From Planctomycetota bacterium (lineage in GTDB: Bacteria; Planctomycetota; B15-G4; SIAN01): a stretch of DNA of 64,000 bases. Below, one piece after another: positions 51,475-60,827 of the stretch. The DNA is taken from NCBI GenBank assembly GCA_031409275.1, contig JANNXA010000040.1, positions 96,001 to 160,000 on the forward strand. Direction: 5' to 3'. The notes under the pieces are model-generated. The model was given only the letters and a program-made list of their open reading frames with translations. It was not told where the DNA came from and made no database searches. Positions within the stretch are counted from its first letter, which is position 1; every line of letters begins with the position of its first letter. Made by a program: the position numbers and the translations under genes.

Positions 51475-54400
51475 TCACCGGAAATCACGCGACCGCGTCG
51501 CGAGCCGCCGGACCTGCTCGCTCAGGTCGGCGACGCGCTCGGCGAGCAGGTGCACCACGTCGCCGACGCGTTCCACCTTGCCCCGGACCAGCAGGAGGCG
51601 GCCGCTGATCACGGCCAGCCGATGCCTCTGTTGTTCGCGCTCGCGCACGATGACGTTGGCGACGCCGCTCTCATCCTCGAGCGTCATGAAGAGCACGCCC
51701 GACGCGGTGCCGGGCTTCTGGCGGTGCAGCACGAGGCCGGCGACGGCGGTGCGCGCGCCCTGCAGCGCGCGCGCCAGCACGCTGCACGGCGCACCGCCCA
51801 GCTGCGCCACGCGCGAACGCAGGAAGCGCAGCGGATGGGAGTGGAGCGTCAGCCCGGTCAACGCGTAGTCGGCGACGACGAGCTCCTCTTCGCGCGGCGG
51901 CGGCAAGGACGGCGCGGCCACCGTGTCGACCACCGCTTTCTCGAAGAGCGGCGCCGCTTCGCCCGCTGGCGCCGCCTGCCACCACGCCGCGCGGCGATGC
52001 GCCGCCAACGCCCCGAACGCGCCCGCCTCGGCCAGCAGGCGCGCGTCGCGCCGGGGAAGCTGCGCGCGCCGCGTCACCTCCTCCACATCGACGAAGGGCT
52101 GCTGCGCGCGCGCCGCCAGCAACCGCGCGACGCTCGCCGGCGACACGCCTTTGATCAGCTGCAATCCCAGCCGCAACGCCGGCACGGCCACTCCGCCGGC
52201 ACGGCCATCGACTTCGAGCGTCGACTCCCACGCGCTCGCAGCGACGTCGACGGCGCGCACCTCGACGCCATGCGCCCGCGCGTCGCGCACCAGCTGCGCC
52301 GGCGCATAGAAACCCATCGGCTGGCTGTTCAGCAGCGCGCAGGTCAACGCCGCCGGATGGTGGCACTTCAACCAGCACGACACCCAGGTCAGCAGCGCGA
52401 AGCTCGCCGCGTGGCTTTCGGGGAAGCCGTACTCGCCGAACCCCTTCAGCTGCTCGAAAAGGCGCCGCGCGAACTCGTCCGAGTAGCCGCGCGCCAGCAT
52501 CCCGTCGACCAGCTTCTTCTCGAAGCTCGCGATCAGGCCAGGCCGCCGCCACGCCCCCATCGCGCGCCGCAGCAGATCGGCCTCGCCCGGAGTGAAGCCG
52601 GCGGCGACCACCGCGAGCTTCATCGCCTGCTCCTGGAAGATCGGGACGCCGAGCGTCTTCTCCAGCACCGCCTTCACCGCTTCGGAGGGGTAGTCGACCC
52701 TCTCCTCGCCGGCGCGCCGTCGCAGGTAGGGATGGACCATGCCACCCTGGATCGGACCAGGCCGCACGATCGCCACCTGGATCACCAGGTCGTAGAAGCA
52801 GCGCGGCTTCAAGCGCGGCAGCATCGCCATCTGCGCACGGCTCTCGATCTGGAAGGTGCCGATGGTGTCGGCGCGCTGCACCATCGCCCAGGTCGCCGCG
52901 TCGTCCGCCGGCACGTTCGCCAGCGTGAGCTCGACGCCATGCACCGCGCGCACCAGCTCGAAACAGCGACGGATCGCGGAGAGCATCCCGAGCGCGAGGC
53001 AGTCGACCTTCAGGATCTTCAGCGCGTCGAGATCGTCCTTGTCCCACTGCAGGACGGTGCGCCCCTCCATCGCCGCGTTCTCGATCGGACAGAGCTCGTC
53101 GAGCCGTCCGCGCGTCATCACCATGCCGCCGACGTGCTGCGAGAGGTGACGCGGGAAGCCGTGCAGCTCGCGCGCCAACGCGACCACGCGACGCAAGGTC
53201 GCGTCGTGCGGATCGAAGCCCGCTTCGCGCAACGTCGCATCGGGCCAATCCGCTTCGTCCCAGCCGTGCAGCACGCCGGCCAGCCGCTCGACCTGATCGA
53301 GCGAGAGGCCAAGCGCCTTGCCGACATCGCGCACCGCGCTGCGCCCTCGCCACGTGATCACCGTGCCGGTCATCGCGCAGCTCTCGCGACCGTGACGCTC
53401 CCACAGATGCTGCAGCACCTCCTCGCGCCGCTCGTGCTCGAAGTCGATGTCGATGTCGGGCGGCTCGTTGCGATCCTTCGAAAGGAAGCGTTCGAAAAGG
53501 ACGTCGAAGCGATCGGGATCGACCGAGGTGACGCCCAGGCAGTAGCAGACCGCCGAGTTGGCCGCGCTGCCGCGCCCCTGGCAGAGGATCCCGCGCCCGC
53601 GCGCGAAGCTGACCAGCTCATGCACGGTGAGGAAGTAGCTCTCGTAGCGCAGCTCCGCGATCAAGCGCAGCTCGTGGACGAGGAGCTTCTGCACCTTGTC
53701 GGGGATGCCGCCCGGCCAGCGCGCGCGCGCGCCGGCCAGCGTCAGCTCGGTCAAGCGCGCGTGGTCGCCCTCGTCGGGATAGGTGTAGCGCAGCTCGTCG
53801 AGGCGGAAGGTGCAGTGCTCCGCCACGTCGAGCGTCCGTTCGAGCAGTTCGAGGCGGCCGCGCGACCCGCCGGCGCCGCCAGGACCGTAGAGGCGTCGCA
53901 GTTCGGCGAGCGGCCGCAGCGGGCGCACCCCTTCGGTCGGCACGCGCTCGCCGAGTTCGGCCACGGTGCAGCCGTGACGGATGGCGAGGAGCGTGTCGCG
54001 CAGCGCGCGGCGCGCCGGGTCGTGCGTCTCGACCGCGCCGGTCGCCACCAACGGCAGCCGCGTCGCCGCGGAAAGATGATCGAGGCGCGCGAGGCGAGCG
54101 CGATCGTCGGGGCCGTCGGCGAGGTTCGCGGCCAGCCACGCACGCTCGCCGAACAGCTCCTGCAGCCAACGCAGCCGCAACGCCGCGTGCGCCAGCTCCG
54201 CCGCGCCGGCCCGCGGAGCCAATGCCGCCTCGTCGGGCAATCCGATGGCGAGCAGCCCTTCCGCGTGGTCGGCGAGCAGCGCGCGATCGAGCCGCGCCTC
54301 ACCTTTCGGAGCGGCGCGTCTTCCCGCCGTGATCAAACGCGCGAGGCGCCCATAAGCCGCACGATCGGTGGCGTAGAGCAGCACGGTCGCGCCATCGATC

Positions 54401-54726
54401 AGCGCCACTTCGCTGCCGATCAGCAGCTTCAAGCGCGGGGGCTGACCGGCGGCCGGCGCCGTCGCCTGCGCCGCGACATGCGCGCGCACGACACCTGCCA
54501 ACGAACACTCGTCGGTGAGCGCGAGCGCGTGATAGTTGAGGGCCGCGGCGCGCTCCACGAGTTCGTCGGGATGGGAGGCGCCACGCTGGAAGGTGAAGTT
54601 GCTGACGCAGTGCAGCTCCGCGTAGCGCAGGAACGGTTCCGAAAGCGGCGGCGCCAGCGGCGCCTGACGTGACGGCGCCACGGTCGCCGGATGGGGATGG
54701 CGCTTCTTGCGCGGCAATTCAGGCAT
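51475..54726 (-). CDS. dnaE2: Error-prone DNA polymerase DnaE2 (ImuC)
   Basis: YAELHCVSNFTFQRGASHP, GRGSAANSAVCY, PPDIDIDFEH, FPRHLSQHVGG, YGFPESHA, C-terminal SRDFR. Confidence 0.96.
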   Translation of the reverse strand: MPELPRKKRHPHPATVAPSRQAPLAPPLSEPFLRYAELHCVSNFTFQRGASHPDELVERAAALNYHALALTDECSLAGVVRAHVAAQATAPAAGQPPRLKLLIGSEVALIDGATVLLYATDRAAYGRLARLITAGRRAAPKGEARLDRALLADHAEGLLAIGLPDEAALAPRAGAAELAHAALRLRWLQELFGERAWLAANLADGPDDRARLARLDHLSAATRLPLVATGAVETHDPARRALRDTLLAIRHGCTVAELGERVPTEGVRPLRPLAELRRLYGPGGAGGSRGRLELLERTLDVAEHCTFRLDELRYTYPDEGDHARLTELTLAGARARWPGGIPDKVQKLLVHELRLIAELRYESYFLTVHELVSFARGRGILCQGRGSAANSAVCYCLGVTSVDPDRFDVLFERFLSKDRNEPPDIDIDFEHERREEVLQHLWERHGRESCAMTGTVITWRGRSAVRDVGKALGLSLDQVERLAGVLHGWDEADWPDATLREAGFDPHDATLRRVVALARELHGFPRHLSQHVGGMVMTRGRLDELCPIENAAMEGRTVLQWDKDDLDALKILKVDCLALGMLSAIRRCFELVRAVHGVELTLANVPADDAATWAMVQRADTIGTFQIESRAQMAMLPRLKPRCFYDLVIQVAIVRPGPIQGGMVHPYLRRRAGEERVDYPSEAVKAVLEKTLGVPIFQEQAMKLAVVAAGFTPGEADLLRRAMGAWRRPGLIASFEKKLVDGMLARGYSDEFARRLFEQLKGFGEYGFPESHAASFALLTWVSCWLKCHHPAALTCALLNSQPMGFYAPAQLVRDARAHGVEVRAVDVAASAWESTLEVDGRAGGVAVPALRLGLQLIKGVSPASVARLLAARAQQPFVDVEEVTRRAQLPRRDARLLAEAGAFGALAAHRRAAWWQAAPAGEAAPLFEKAVVDTVAAPSLPPPREEELVVADYALTGLTLHSHPLRFLRSRVAQLGGAPCSVLARALQGARTAVAGLVLHRQKPGTASGVLFMTLEDESGVANVIVREREQQRHRLAVISGRLLLVRGKVERVGDVVHLLAERVADLSEQVRRLATRSRDFR

Positions 54727-54747
54727 CGATGCGCCCTCGCGACCGCC

Positions 54748-56322
54748 TCAGCAGAACGAGCCGTGGCAGAACCAGCCGCCGCCGACGCGATCGCGGAAGA
54801 GCCAGCGGCGCTGTCCGTCCGGCGCCTCGACCTCGAAGTAGTCGCGCTCCACGTCGCGCCCATCCCACCAGCCGCCCGCGACCCGCTCCGGTCCGCGCAC
54901 CACTCGCAGCCGCTCGCCGCGCGCGCCGGTCTCGGCGCAGGGCGCGCCGCGTTCGTCGCACTCGATCGCGCAAGGTTGCGGCGGCTCGATCAACGTGAAG
55001 GGACGCGCGCCCAATGGCACGGCCCACGCGGCATTCGCCCGCGCGCGGCCATCCGCCGCGGCGACGCGTGGCGCGGCCGCTTCGCAGAGCGCCTGCCAGC
55101 GAAACGCGCGCTCGGGGCGCGGATCGGCGAGCAGTTGCGCCCCTTGCACCCGCTCACGACCGAGCCGCACCGCCAGTCGATCGGCCAACGCAGTCGCCGC
55201 CCGCTCGCCATCGCGATCGCGCTGCTGCGCGAAAAGCGGCCCCTGTTCCGCGGCGCACTCCACGCGCTGCGTGACCGCCAGCCGCACCGCTTCGATCGGC
55301 CCGGGCAACGGCTGGCGCTCGAGTCGATGGGAGAGCAGCAACAGGAGCAGCTCGGGATCGCGCGTCGGCGTGGCGGGCGCCAGTTCGAGCAGCGTCGACG
55401 GGCCTCTTCTCACCGGCACGAAAGAGAAGGTGGCGCCGGCCCATGCTTCGTTGCGCCGCTCGAGCTCGAGGCACGCCGACTGCAGCAGCCGTTCGCAAGC
55501 CACGAGCAGCGGAGCGCACTCCTGCACGGCGGCGGGCAGCTCGATCTCTTCTTCCAGCCGCTCGGGCACGACGATGCGCACCAGCGGCTCTTCGAGTTCG
55601 CCCAAGAGTCGCTGCAGCTGCTGCACGAAAGCGATCGAGGTGCGCGTCGCGAGGCCGGCGCGCGGCAGCGCAAGGAGCTCGCGCAACGTTCCCACCCCCA
55701 ACGCACGGCAGGCCCCCTCCACTGCTGGTGCTGGAGCCAGCGCCTGCCACGGCAACGCAGCGAAGAGCTCGCGCGCGGCGGCCGGCTCCAGCGTGGCGTT
55801 GGGCGCGTGGCGAGGCGCCGGGTCGCCGGCGAGTTCACTGGCACGCGCCAAGGTACGCGCCGCCTCGGACGTATCGGCAACGGCGATCTGCGCGTGATGG
55901 CCGGCGCGCTGGCACGCCGCGATCACCGTCGCAACCAACGCCTGCTCGCCGCCGAAGTGGAACGCGGTGCGCCCCACTTCGAGCGCCAGCGCGGCGGTGC
56001 CAGGCGCATCGGTCGGCCCACCGTCGAGACAGACATCGGGCGTGAAGCGCAGCAGCGCCACGGCGAGCCGCGCCAGCGCGCGCGCATCGGCCGCCGGATC
56101 GGCGCGCGCCACTTGCAGGCCCGCGCAAAGCGCTCGTGCCGCCGCCACCGCCTGCCCGGCACGCACGCCGGCCGCAAGCGCGGTGGCCGTCGCCGCGACG
56201 ATGCGTTCCCGTGCACCGTCACGCACCGACAGCGCGAACGCCGTCGTCGCGAGGGCCGGGCAGGCGCGCAGCCTCCGCTCCATGGCGAAGCGCGGCAGGC
56301 GCAGGCTCATCCAACGGATCAC
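54748..56322 (-). CDS. imuB: Y-family-like accessory protein ImuB
   Basis: GVRAGQAVAAARAL, LRFTPDV, DRLAVRLG, DPRPERA, GPERVAGGWWD...RDYF, WFCHG. Start uncertain. Confidence 0.88.
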   Translation of the reverse strand: MIRWMSLRLPRFAMERRLRACPALATTAFALSVRDGARERIVAATATALAAGVRAGQAVAAARALCAGLQVARADPAADARALARLAVALLRFTPDVCLDGGPTDAPGTAALALEVGRTAFHFGGEQALVATVIAACQRAGHHAQIAVADTSEAARTLARASELAGDPAPRHAPNATLEPAAARELFAALPWQALAPAPAVEGACRALGVGTLRELLALPRAGLATRTSIAFVQQLQRLLGELEEPLVRIVVPERLEEEIELPAAVQECAPLLVACERLLQSACLELERRNEAWAGATFSFVPVRRGPSTLLELAPATPTRDPELLLLLLSHRLERQPLPGPIEAVRLAVTQRVECAAEQGPLFAQQRDRDGERAATALADRLAVRLGRERVQGAQLLADPRPERAFRWQALCEAAAPRVAAADGRARANAAWAVPLGARPFTLIEPPQPCAIECDERGAPCAETGARGERLRVVRGPERVAGGWWDGRDVERDYFEVEAPDGQRRWLFRDRVGGGWFCHGSFC

Positions 56323-57067
56323 GCGACCACTCCAGCACGATCGGATCGGCCCCCAGCGACGCCCCTCCACGACAACGCAGCGGCCTCACCTGCAGCCGGC
56401 GGTGAGCCGACTCCGTCGACGGCAGCGGCGCCACTTCGAGCCGCACTGCCGCCGGCGACGGCTGACGCGCAAAGCCGAGCGGCCGCAGCAGCAGGCCGAC
56501 CGTGCCGCCCGCTTCCGCTGCGAGCTGCAGCCGGCGCAGGGAGCGATCGTCGAGCGCGTGCAGCCAGGTGATCACGAGGTCGCAGGCACCCGAACGCAGC
56601 GCGAGGTCGACCGCCCACGCCTGCTCCTGCGCATGGCGGGGCCGCACGAAGAGGCAGCGCGTCAGGTCGACGCCCGCCTGCCGCAGCGCTGGCGGGTAGG
56701 GCACGCGACTGGGATGGATCCACGCCACGAGCCGCGCCGGCCCGACGTCGCTCGCCGTGGCCGTCAACGCCGGCAACAGTGCCTCGAGGACGCCGGCGCC
56801 TTCTGCCGCGCACAGCAGCTCATGCAATGCACCGACCTGCCAGCCGCCACCAAGCAGCGCATCGAGTTCGGCGAAACCGGTGGTCAGCGTCGTCGCGCGG
56901 GGGTTGGCCGCGTGCCGCGCGGCACCGCCGGCCCCCGCATGATGAGAGCGCTCGAGTTCTTCGAGTTGCGTGCGCAACCGGCCGAGCTCGCAGCGGCGGC
57001 GCAGCTCCTCGCGGGCGCGCTCGATCCGGTGATGGTTCGGCGTGAAGGAGTCATCCGCCGCTCTCAT
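56219..57067 (-). CDS. imuA: RecA-like ImuA protein
   Basis: TGFAELDALLGGGW..GALHEL, PYPPAL, WAVDLALRSG, LRRLQLAAE, SPAAVRL. ATG overlaps the lexA stop. Confidence 0.88.
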   Translation of the reverse strand: MRAADDSFTPNHHRIERAREELRRRCELGRLRTQLEELERSHHAGAGGAARHAANPRATTLTTGFAELDALLGGGWQVGALHELLCAAEGAGVLEALLPALTATASDVGPARLVAWIHPSRVPYPPALRQAGVDLTRCLFVRPRHAQEQAWAVDLALRSGACDLVITWLHALDDRSLRRLQLAAEAGGTVGLLLRPLGFARQPSPAAVRLEVAPLPSTESAHRRLQVRPLRCRGGASLGADPIVLEWSRDPLDEPAPAALRHGAEAARLPGPRDDGVRAVGA

Positions 57068-57726
57068 CGTCCCGCCCTCCCAAGCTGCGTGCGCACCAGC
57101 CCCACCACGCGCCCCTCGATCACCACTTGCGTGCGCGTCGGGTCGACCACGAACGGCTGCAGTCGCGCATTGGCCGGCTCGAGCACGACGCGCCGCGCCG
57201 CGCCGCGCCCGCGCCACCGGAAGCGCTTGACCGTCACCTCGTCATCGAGCCGCACCACCGCGATCTCGCCGTCGACGACGGTCGGCGTGCGCTGCACCGC
57301 AACGAGGTCGCCCGACTCGATGCCCGCGTCCACCATCGAGTCGCCACGCACGCGCAGCAGGAAGTCGGCCGGCGCACGAAACAGCGCGCCGTCGATCTCG
57401 ACCTCGCGCTCGAAGTGCTCCTGCGCGAGGATCGGCTGCCCCGCCGCCACCTCGCCGATCACCGGCAACCGGCGCACTCCGCCGCGCGCGAGAGGCGACG
57501 CGCCGCCAACGATCCCATCGAGCAGCCGCAATCCGCGCGAGCGACCCGGCTCGATCGCCACGACGCCTTTGCGCACGAGCAAACGCAGGTGCTGCGCCGC
57601 CGCCGTGGCCGACGCGAAACCAAGCCCCGCCGCGATCTCGGCGTGCGTCGGCGGGAAGCCGCGTTGCGCAAGGAAGCGGCGGATGAAGTCGAGTACCCGA
57701 ACCTGGGCGGTGGTGGGCGGGCGCAT
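57064..57726 (-). CDS. lexA: SOS repressor LexA
   Basis: Winged-HTH FPPTHAEIA..LGFAS, cleavage site VAAGQPI, catalytic GDSM and VTVKR. Confidence 0.95.
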   Translation of the reverse strand: MRPPTTAQVRVLDFIRRFLAQRGFPPTHAEIAAGLGFASATAAAQHLRLLVRKGVVAIEPGRSRGLRLLDGIVGGASPLARGGVRRLPVIGEVAAGQPILAQEHFEREVEIDGALFRAPADFLLRVRGDSMVDAGIESGDLVAVQRTPTVVDGEIAVVRLDDEVTVKRFRWRGRGAARRVVLEPANARLQPFVVDPTRTQVVIEGRVVGLVRTQLGRAGR

Positions 57727-57740
57727 GGGGCTCTCTGCGA

Positions 57741-57764
57741 AATAGTGTTCATCCAAACAGTATT
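57741..57764. promoter_or_regulatory. Putative LexA operator
   Basis: AT-rich imperfect palindrome AATAGTGTTCATCCAAACAGTATT, 15-38 bp upstream of the lexA ATG; core TGTTC-ATCC-AAACA. Confidence 0.75.
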
Positions 57765-57958
57765 CCGAGAAATCAAACGCGCAAGGCCTCTTCGCACTCC
57801 GGGGAGCGGGCGGCAACCGCGGCTTTCACCCGGGGAGGGCCCGCTCCCAGGCTCAAGCCCCCCCCCACCACGCAGCCGATGGTCGCGGACAAGAAGGAGC
57901 CAGTCGCGACGGCGCTCGCTGGCCGCCGCGCTCTCTCCGGAGGACCGCTGTGCTCGCG

Positions 57959-58462
57959 ATGCCGCTTTTCCGTACCTGCCTGTTGGCTGCTGCCGCGTTC
58001 GTCCTGCCTGGCGGGGCCGATCCCGTCGGCGGCAACGTCGCTGGCACCGGTGTCAACGATCGTCTCGGCACCCGTTCGACGAGCTCGATGCTCGCCTCGT
58101 CGATCCTGTTCCGTGGCCAGCCACTGCGCACGCCACCCGGCGTGCGCGTCCTCTCGTCGAACACGATCCTGCTCGGCGGCGTGGCCGTCGAAATCCCGAT
58201 CGACGTCACCCTCGAGTTCAGCGAGACCGGTGAAGCGGTCTTCGAACTCGCCAAGGACGCGCCGCCCCACGCGTGGGTGCTGACGGTCGGCAAGAAGAAG
58301 CTCGTCGCGAGCGCGAGCGCGCGCGCGATCGTCCCGCTGCCGGGCGTGGGTGAGCCGCGCATCGAGTGGAGCCGGTCGGCCTATCCGGTTCCTGCACCTC
58401 GGGATTCCCTGAACCGTGCCCGTGACTTGAAGGATCCCTTTGATGCCAGCCCTTACCGCTAG
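57959..58462 (+). CDS. Hypothetical exported protein
   Basis: Signal-peptide-like MPLFRTCLLAAAAFVLPGGA; beta-rich; overlaps the start of the barrel gene. Confidence 0.55.
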   Translation: MPLFRTCLLAAAAFVLPGGADPVGGNVAGTGVNDRLGTRSTSSMLASSILFRGQPLRTPPGVRVLSSNTILLGGVAVEIPIDVTLEFSETGEAVFELAKDAPPHAWVLTVGKKKLVASASARAIVPLPGVGEPRIEWSRSAYPVPAPRDSLNRARDLKDPFDASPYR

Positions 58463-59726
58463 CCGCGCCTTCCTCCTCGTCCCGTTCCTCGCCGGCCACG
58501 CGCTGGCGCAGGACAACGCGGGAGGAAGCCAGGCCACCGGCAACGTCGTTCCCGCCGACACCGCGGGCTGGCAAGCGCTGGCCCGCGACCTGTTCCTGTC
58601 GGGCGAAAGCAGCCTCGTCGACCCCGGTCGCATCGAGCCGCTGCCGCGCCAGATCTTCAAGCTCGGCCCAGTCGAGCTGCTCCCCAAGATCGACGAGCAG
58701 GTGGTCTACGACGACAACGTCTTCCTCACCGAGAAGGACGAGGAGCGCGACTTCATCCTGCGCACCGGACTCGGGCTGCTGGCCGACTACCGCTTCGGCT
58801 CGAACCAGCACCGCCTGAGCGCCGGCTACGACATGACGCGCCACTGGTTCCTCGGCGGTGAAGCCAAGAACTTCGTCGAGCAGCTCGCCTCCGTGCAGCT
58901 CGAACTGCGCTTCCGCCGGCTCGAGCTTGCGATCGGCGACCGTTTCGAGGATCGCACCGATCCGATCCTGTCGGTCTTCACCGGCAAGATCGAGCGCAAC
59001 ATCAACACGGTCCATGGCCGCGCGGCGTGGCGCGAGGACGAGTGGACGCTCGAACTGCGAGCGCAGCGCTCGACCACCGCCTTCGACGACTCCTCCTTCG
59101 AGGCGTTCGATCGCGACGAGGACCTCGCCAGCCTCGAATGGTCGGCACGCGCCGAAGAGGAGCTGACCGGCTTCGCGCGCCTCGACGGCATGGCGCGCAG
59201 CTTCGACCAGAACGCCCTGAACGACATGGACGGCGTCGCCGGCTCGGTCGGCGTGCGCGCGCGGCGCGGCACCGAGATCGATGCCATGGCACGCGTCGGC
59301 GTGCGCGCCGAGAGCTTCGACGACGGCGCCGCCACCGATGCCGACGACAGCGCGATCAACCCCGAGCTCGAGGCGCGTCTGCGCTGGTGGCTGATCCAAT
59401 CCGCCGCGCTCGAGCTGCGCGTCGAACGGACCACCGAGTTCTCGCCGATCTCGAACTACGAAGTGGCGTCGCGCGGCGAAGTGACCTGGATGCACCAGCT
59501 CGAAACGCGCCTCTCGGCGCGCGTCGGCAGCGGCATCGAGCACATCGACCCGTCGAACACCGATGCCTCGTTCGTCCGCTACACGTTCGGCGCCGGCATG
59601 CGCTACGCGCTCAGCGACAACGCCGACCTCACGCTCGGCTGGCGCCTGCGCATGCGCCACACGCGCGCCGCCACCGGCGACTACTCCGGCAACCAGTTCA
59701 CGCTCGGCGTCGCGCTGCGGCTCTAG
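58443..59726 (+). CDS. Outer-membrane beta-barrel associated with polysaccharide export
   Basis: Signal peptide ..GHALAQ, YDDNVF, alternating beta-strands, C-terminal DYSGNQFTLGVALRL; directly upstream of wza. Confidence 0.8.
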   Translation: MPALTASRAFLLVPFLAGHALAQDNAGGSQATGNVVPADTAGWQALARDLFLSGESSLVDPGRIEPLPRQIFKLGPVELLPKIDEQVVYDDNVFLTEKDEERDFILRTGLGLLADYRFGSNQHRLSAGYDMTRHWFLGGEAKNFVEQLASVQLELRFRRLELAIGDRFEDRTDPILSVFTGKIERNINTVHGRAAWREDEWTLELRAQRSTTAFDDSSFEAFDRDEDLASLEWSARAEEELTGFARLDGMARSFDQNALNDMDGVAGSVGVRARRGTEIDAMARVGVRAESFDDGAATDADDSAINPELEARLRWWLIQSAALELRVERTTEFSPISNYEVASRGEVTWMHQLETRLSARVGSGIEHIDPSNTDASFVRYTFGAGMRYALSDNADLTLGWRLRMRHTRAATGDYSGNQFTLGVALRL

Positions 59727-59795
59727 AGAGTTCGCAACCTCGCGGCGACCGCCCAAGAAACGGTCGTCGCGCGCCAGAAGAAGAGGAGAGGAGAA

Positions 59796-60818
59796 GTGAG
59801 GAGAGCTGCTTCGCGCGCTCGCGCGCTGTGCATCGCCGTCGCCTTCCTGGCGGCCGGCTGCGCCAACGGTCGTGGCGTGCAGGACGCCCCGCCCGCGGAG
59901 GCGCACGCCGCCGCGACGGCCGCACCGGCCGCACCGCTCGTCGCGCATCAGCCGCCGCCCTCCATCCCGGCGCCGCAACCGCGTCGTCCCGCCGTCGCGA
60001 CGCAGGAGTGGATCGAGCCCGCAGCGACCGACGCGCCCAACGACGACCATCTCGCCGTCGGCGACGAAGTGCGCATCGTCGTGGTCGGCCAGACCGACCT
60101 CTCCACGCAACTGCCCGTGCCTCCGCGCGGCTCGATCGAGCTGCCGGTGATCGGCAGCCTCGCGCTTGCCGGTCGCACCGCCGCCGACGTCGCACTGGAA
60201 CTGCGCGCCCGCCTCGAAGCGGCGAAGTTCCTGGTGCAGCCCGAGGTGGCGGTCAGCGTGGTGCGCTTCGCCACGCGCCGCGTCTTCGTCGTCGAGGGCG
60301 TCGCGCGTCCCGAGGCCTACGAGCTGCCCGTCGGCGGCGGCCTCCACCTGACGCAGGTGATCGCGCTCGCCGGCGGCCTCTCCGCGGGTGCCGACCCGGC
60401 GCACGTCACGATCCTGCGCCGTCCGCGCGAAGGCGCCGCGCAGCGGATCGCCGTCGACCTGCGCACCATCCTCGATTCGGAGCAAGTCGGCCTCGACCCG
60501 ATCCTCGAGCCGAACGACACCGTCATCGTGCGCGACCTGAAGCAGGGCGAGCAGCAGGTCTTCGTCACCGGCAAGGTGCGAACGCCTGGCGCGCACCGCT
60601 TCTCGCCGCGCGAGGGGATCAGCTTCCTGCAGGCGATCGTGCTGGCGGGCGGCCTCGACAAGTACGCCAACCCGGCGCGCGCCGCGCTGCTGCGCCGCAC
60701 CGAGGACGGCCGCATCACCATCGCCGTCGACCTCGAACGAATCCTCGCCGGCGACCTCGATCGCGACCTGCCCCTGCAAGCCGGTGACGTCGTCTTCGTG
60801 CCCGAATCCTTCTTCTGA
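59796..60818 (+). CDS. wza: Polysaccharide export lipoprotein (Wza/OPX; Poly_export plus two SLBB domains)
   Basis: LAAGC lipobox, LAVGDEVRI, GSIELPVIG, VEGVARP/VTGKVRTPG SLBB repeats, LQAGDVVFVPES. Confidence 0.85.
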   Translation: MRRAASRARALCIAVAFLAAGCANGRGVQDAPPAEAHAAATAAPAAPLVAHQPPPSIPAPQPRRPAVATQEWIEPAATDAPNDDHLAVGDEVRIVVVGQTDLSTQLPVPPRGSIELPVIGSLALAGRTAADVALELRARLEAAKFLVQPEVAVSVVRFATRRVFVVEGVARPEAYELPVGGGLHLTQVIALAGGLSAGADPAHVTILRRPREGAAQRIAVDLRTILDSEQVGLDPILEPNDTVIVRDLKQGEQQVFVTGKVRTPGAHRFSPREGISFLQAIVLAGGLDKYANPARAALLRRTEDGRITIAVDLERILAGDLDRDLPLQAGDVVFVPESFF

Positions 60819-60827
60819 GCCGAGCTG

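Noticed and set aside
51460..54672. 1070-aa plus-strand ORF
   Set aside because: Antisense shadow of dnaE2.
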